NCBI GenBank assembly: GCA_015661075.1
Contig: JACVQJ010000001.1
Span: 81,347-145,346 of the forward strand
Length of the DNA stretch: 64,000 bases
Source: Parachlamydiales bacterium
Lineage (GTDB): Bacteria; Chlamydiota; Chlamydiia; Chlamydiales; SM23-39
Reading direction: 5' to 3'
Part shown: piece after piece, positions 60,766 to 64,000 of the stretch
How the letters are laid out: each line of letters begins with the position of its first letter
How positions within the stretch are numbered: the first letter of the stretch is position 1
Program-made: the position numbers and the translations under genes
The notes under the pieces: generated by a model
Database searches by the model: none
Seen by the model: only the letters and a program-made list of their open reading frames with translations
Told to the model about the DNA's origin: nothing

Positions 60766-61314
60766 TCAGGAGATATCAGAAAAAGCTATTACAGCAGACG
60801 AATCGAATCGATCTAAAAGAGCCACAATAGTCTTCTCAGAAACAGGCTTATAGTCCCAGACTTCAACTGAAAGATTGAGCTGCCGATTAATCAGCTTATT
60901 CGGCCGCTTCTCATGGACGTGACCATGAAGTTGAAAATGAGGAGGCGCTGGATAACTGGGGATGTGAACAAGTTCGACTTGGTGGCGGCCAATCTTGATA
61001 AAAGCTGACTCTAGAACAAGCGTGAATCCAATCGTATGCATTTTAGCGGGAGTACCATCATGGTTGCCGCGGATGCAAATCTTATTTCCATGAAGGCGTG
61101 CGCAGAGACTGGTAAGAAAGTCCGTCGTACCTAACCCAAAATCCCCCAGGAAGAAGACCGTATCCTGCGGCTCAACAAGAGCATTCCAGTTCTCAATAAG
61201 CTGTTCATCCATCTCGTTGACGGATTGAAAGGGTCGACCGGTATAACGAATGATGTTTGTATGAGAAAAGTGGGTATCAGATATGAACCATTTATTCATT
61301 TTACTACTGCTCAA
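60766..61314 (-). CDS. Calcineurin-like metallophosphoesterase
   Basis: SDTHF.H, LGDF, GNHD, HGHVH; probable start 61299. Confidence 0.9.
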   Translation of the reverse strand: MSSSKMNKWFISDTHFSHTNIIRYTGRPFQSVNEMDEQLIENWNALVEPQDTVFFLGDFGLGTTDFLTSLCARLHGNKICIRGNHDGTPAKMHTIGFTLVLESAFIKIGRHQVELVHIPSYPAPPHFQLHGHVHEKRPNKLINRQLNLSVEVWDYKPVSEKTIVALLDRFDSSAVIAFSDIS

Positions 61315-61723
61315 TCTTCATTCTTACTTCTGTTCGAATTTTCTGAGGAACCTCCTCATAGATATGATCTGCAATCAAATAAGCTAACTTATCTTGCCCT
61401 TCTTTTAACAGACGATCTGCTTCCAAAAGACTCTTTTTCACTTCATTAACCCAATAATCAACTTCACTTAAAATAGTATGTTTCTTACTGATTAGATCTT
61501 TTGTTTTTTGGAGATTCCACATAAAAAAAAGTACGCCGTTTTTTAACGGAGTAGATTTAGCATATCCACCCTCGACTGCTTTTTGAGTTGCTTGGCCACT
61601 TTTAGGATCTTTCAGTTCATGTTCTATTAAAATTTGTCCTACTTGAACCGCAGACAACCCAAATTTTTTGCCTAATCCAGTTTGATTGATCCAAATTTGA
61701 TTGAATTTCTTTGCCATACACAA
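61304..61723 (-). CDS. Hypothetical protein (possible N-terminal wHTH)
   Basis: NQTGLGKKFGLSAVQVGQIL HTH-like segment; operonic spacing. Confidence 0.6.
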   Translation of the reverse strand: MCMAKKFNQIWINQTGLGKKFGLSAVQVGQILIEHELKDPKSGQATQKAVEGGYAKSTPLKNGVLFFMWNLQKTKDLISKKHTILSEVDYWVNEVKKSLLEADRLLKEGQDKLAYLIADHIYEEVPQKIRTEVRMKIEQ

Positions 61724-61736
61724 CTTCTGATTAGGG

Positions 61737-62336
61737 CTAAATATGCCCGAGAATTTTTTCTACTAGTTTGTAAACAGTCGTGCTCCATATTTGTGGCAAA
61801 TCATTGGCTCGATTGGTATCTCGTTGCTTTGCTCTGGAAATTGCCTTGGCGATGAGCTCCAAGGTGATTTTTTTGCCATCGATATCTTTTTTGTAATTGG
61901 GCAAATTCTTCTTTAAGCGCGTCAGACATTCTTGAGAGTTTGCAATCCCTTTTCCATCTTCAAAATGGAGCAAAAGCCAATATTCAAAGTTGGGGTTGCT
62001 AAGAGCAAAACCGTAGTTCTCGCTTTTCTTTGCCCACTGTAAGAGCTCTCTAAGCTGATCCTCTGTCCAATCATCCTTGTCGACAACAATCCACGCCTCA
62101 TCCGTCTTCCTTAAGGACTCTTTTCGCAAATAGCTCTCTATCTTCTTGAGTACCTGAATCGGCGAGCTTTCTGTTGATGGTCTCTTTAGGCATTTTACTA
62201 GAACGATCGCCTGTGGCTGATTAAAAATGGCAAAATATTGAGGTTCCGTTTTCGAACCCTCCACCGAGACAATAAACAGCTTTTTATATCGGCGCTTCCC
62301 TAAAGGTCTTTGAAAAGTGCGCGGCTTTTTTGGCAT
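61737..62336 (-). CDS. rloB: RloB-family protein
   Basis: VEGSKTEPQYF, WIVVDKD, SNPNFEYWLLLHF, STTVYKLV. Confidence 0.88.
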   Translation of the reverse strand: MPKKPRTFQRPLGKRRYKKLFIVSVEGSKTEPQYFAIFNQPQAIVLVKCLKRPSTESSPIQVLKKIESYLRKESLRKTDEAWIVVDKDDWTEDQLRELLQWAKKSENYGFALSNPNFEYWLLLHFEDGKGIANSQECLTRLKKNLPNYKKDIDGKKITLELIAKAISRAKQRDTNRANDLPQIWSTTVYKLVEKILGHI

Positions 62337-63658
62337 TAGTCGCTCCCAACAATTGGAGATTGTAGAAGAATGCGAGGAATACCTCCTAAGCGTCCTTGCA
62401 GATAGCTTTTTCGAATGTCTTTGTCATAGCGCACATCTTTGTACTCGCTGAAAGACAGCAAACTGGAAATCCCTTCCGCATTTCGTTCTGCGATCCACAT
62501 TTCATCTCGTCTGAGCAGATCCTGATCCATCAATAACACATTGTGAGTGGTAAATAGTAACTGAGAGCGACTATTATGAGAACATTTTGCCAGATAGCCT
62601 TCTAGAAGATGCCTGATCAGCAGTGTATGTAAACTCCTATCTACTTCATCGATAACATAGACTTTTTTAGATTGAACCGCAGATAACTCTAAAAAAGCGG
62701 GAAGAAGATCGATAACACGTTGAGAGCCATCCGATTCTTGTCTCATATCGAACTTCGTTTCTGAACCATCAGAATTTAAATGATAGGTGACCAGTTTTTT
62801 TGAGATTAACTCGCCATTCTTTCGGGTTACGACAAAACGCTCATTCCCAGGTTCGGGCAATAATCTGACAGTCGTATCCTCTGCTAATTCTTCTCTCAAC
62901 TTCATCTTTGTCGGTTCGGACAGTGGTAAATTTTCAAAGGGGATCTCTTCACCGCCAAGATGAGATATTCCAGTGTCTAATTGAGACAACATCTTGTTCA
63001 TTGTCGCATATAAAGGATGCCCTTCGTCCAAAAATTGCTCAAAAAGCTCAAACCTTGAATCAGGGGCAATGAGTTCCAATGTATCTTTAAACCAGTCGTA
63101 CACCGGCTTGAAAGCATCTATTTTTTGAGAAACTGAATTAGTGAGAAAGAGTTGATTATCGCGAGTTCCTTTGAAAGCGAACTGGAGCGATTGGTTATCC
63201 TTTAAAGATGAGTCAAAATTAGGTTCTCCTGAGACTCGATGGTAAAGCGTCTTTTCGCTATTACCAGAAATATGAACCAATTTTTCCTCTATTATGGCTT
63301 TGCGGTTAACAGAGAAACTAAATGCATAAACTGTCTCGTCGATTAACAGTTCAAACTCAAACTGGACTGGCTGTTCGACCTTTTGTGCGTTTCCAAGCCT
63401 AAAACTATCTACAGCAATTAGACTGTAGGGTTGGGTCCCTTTAACGATCAGTCCTTTTGCAAAATGCAGAGCCTTAAAAAGATTGGTTTTTCCGGATGCA
63501 TTCCCCCCATATACAGCAGCAACAGGCAGAACCCCCAATTTGAGTTTGCCTATTTTAGGGATGCGCTCCCCGTGTTGACGCTCACGGCTTGCTATCAGCG
63601 AGAAAGTTGCTTTGGCTTGGAAGGACATCCAATTTTCAACGGAAAATCGAATCAGCAT
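62336..63658 (-). CDS. rloA: RloA-like AAA/ABC ATPase
   Basis: [50 protein letters not shown]. Confidence 0.88.
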   Translation of the reverse strand: MLIRFSVENWMSFQAKATFSLIASRERQHGERIPKIGKLKLGVLPVAAVYGGNASGKTNLFKALHFAKGLIVKGTQPYSLIAVDSFRLGNAQKVEQPVQFEFELLIDETVYAFSFSVNRKAIIEEKLVHISGNSEKTLYHRVSGEPNFDSSLKDNQSLQFAFKGTRDNQLFLTNSVSQKIDAFKPVYDWFKDTLELIAPDSRFELFEQFLDEGHPLYATMNKMLSQLDTGISHLGGEEIPFENLPLSEPTKMKLREELAEDTTVRLLPEPGNERFVVTRKNGELISKKLVTYHLNSDGSETKFDMRQESDGSQRVIDLLPAFLELSAVQSKKVYVIDEVDRSLHTLLIRHLLEGYLAKCSHNSRSQLLFTTHNVLLMDQDLLRRDEMWIAERNAEGISSLLSFSEYKDVRYDKDIRKSYLQGRLGGIPRILLQSPIVGSD

Positions 63659-63803
63659 GAGGGAGCTCCTTTATGAGATAATTTCTCTCAATATAACCTC
63701 ATTTTAGCTGATTTCTGACTAAAAAGCAATAGTTAACGAGAAAAAATCTCTCAAGATAGGTCTCGAGGATTTAAAAAATGTCTGCATATATTTGTTTCTG
63801 CAT

Positions 63804-63933
63804 GCAATACTATCATATTTAAGGACTTGTAAAGACAGGCAAAACCCTCTGTACTTTCCTTGAAAATTATTGGTCACTAAATGGAAGAGAAACTCCACCT
63901 TACCCAAAAATCATCCTCCTGTACCAAAATCGC
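63804..63933 (+). repeat. ~130-bp imperfect direct repeat, copy 2 (includes a 19-codon 5' stub of the helicase gene)
   Basis: ATG 63881 reads MEEKLHLTQKSSSCTKIAV* versus MEEKLQATQKSSSCAKIALF at 53978. Confidence 0.85.
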
Positions 63934-64000
63934 AGTCTAGGCGGTCGATCGGCACAGCGGGAGACAAGGAAGAACGCAATTTGTTCCATCAGATATCGAC

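Overview
Chromosomal window from an environmental Chlamydiae-like bacterium, inferred from gene order (V-ATPase E, tal, rpoC-rpoB-rplL-rplJ-rplA-rplK-nusG-secE-tRNA-Trp-tuf-tRNA-Thr-infA, HIT/MYG1/DUF1207 genes) and from LRR and Inc-like effector candidates. The left ~36 kb is mostly core genome with a few effector-like insertions, MITE/IS scars and a cluster of three small His-terminated secreted proteins. From 36.4 kb to the end is a tandem genomic-island hotspot at a CAT-anticodon tRNA. Island 1 (36449-52897) has 52-bp att repeats, paired TGACCACT arm sites, an intact tyrosine integrase, Xis and a DUF927 replicase. It carries a translationally coupled SNF2 + Type III Mod + Res + Cas4-like nuclease operon and a TIGR04255 / unknown / ART-like three-gene operon. 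A decayed second island follows, with a broken integrase, a TOTE-type primase-helicase-nuclease, a lysozyme-like/hydrolase toxin candidate with a membrane partner, an AbiE-type relic split by a 137-bp IS200/IS605 mini-element, and an RloA/RloB-phosphoesterase operon. All family assignments come from motif recognition by eye; no database searches were run.
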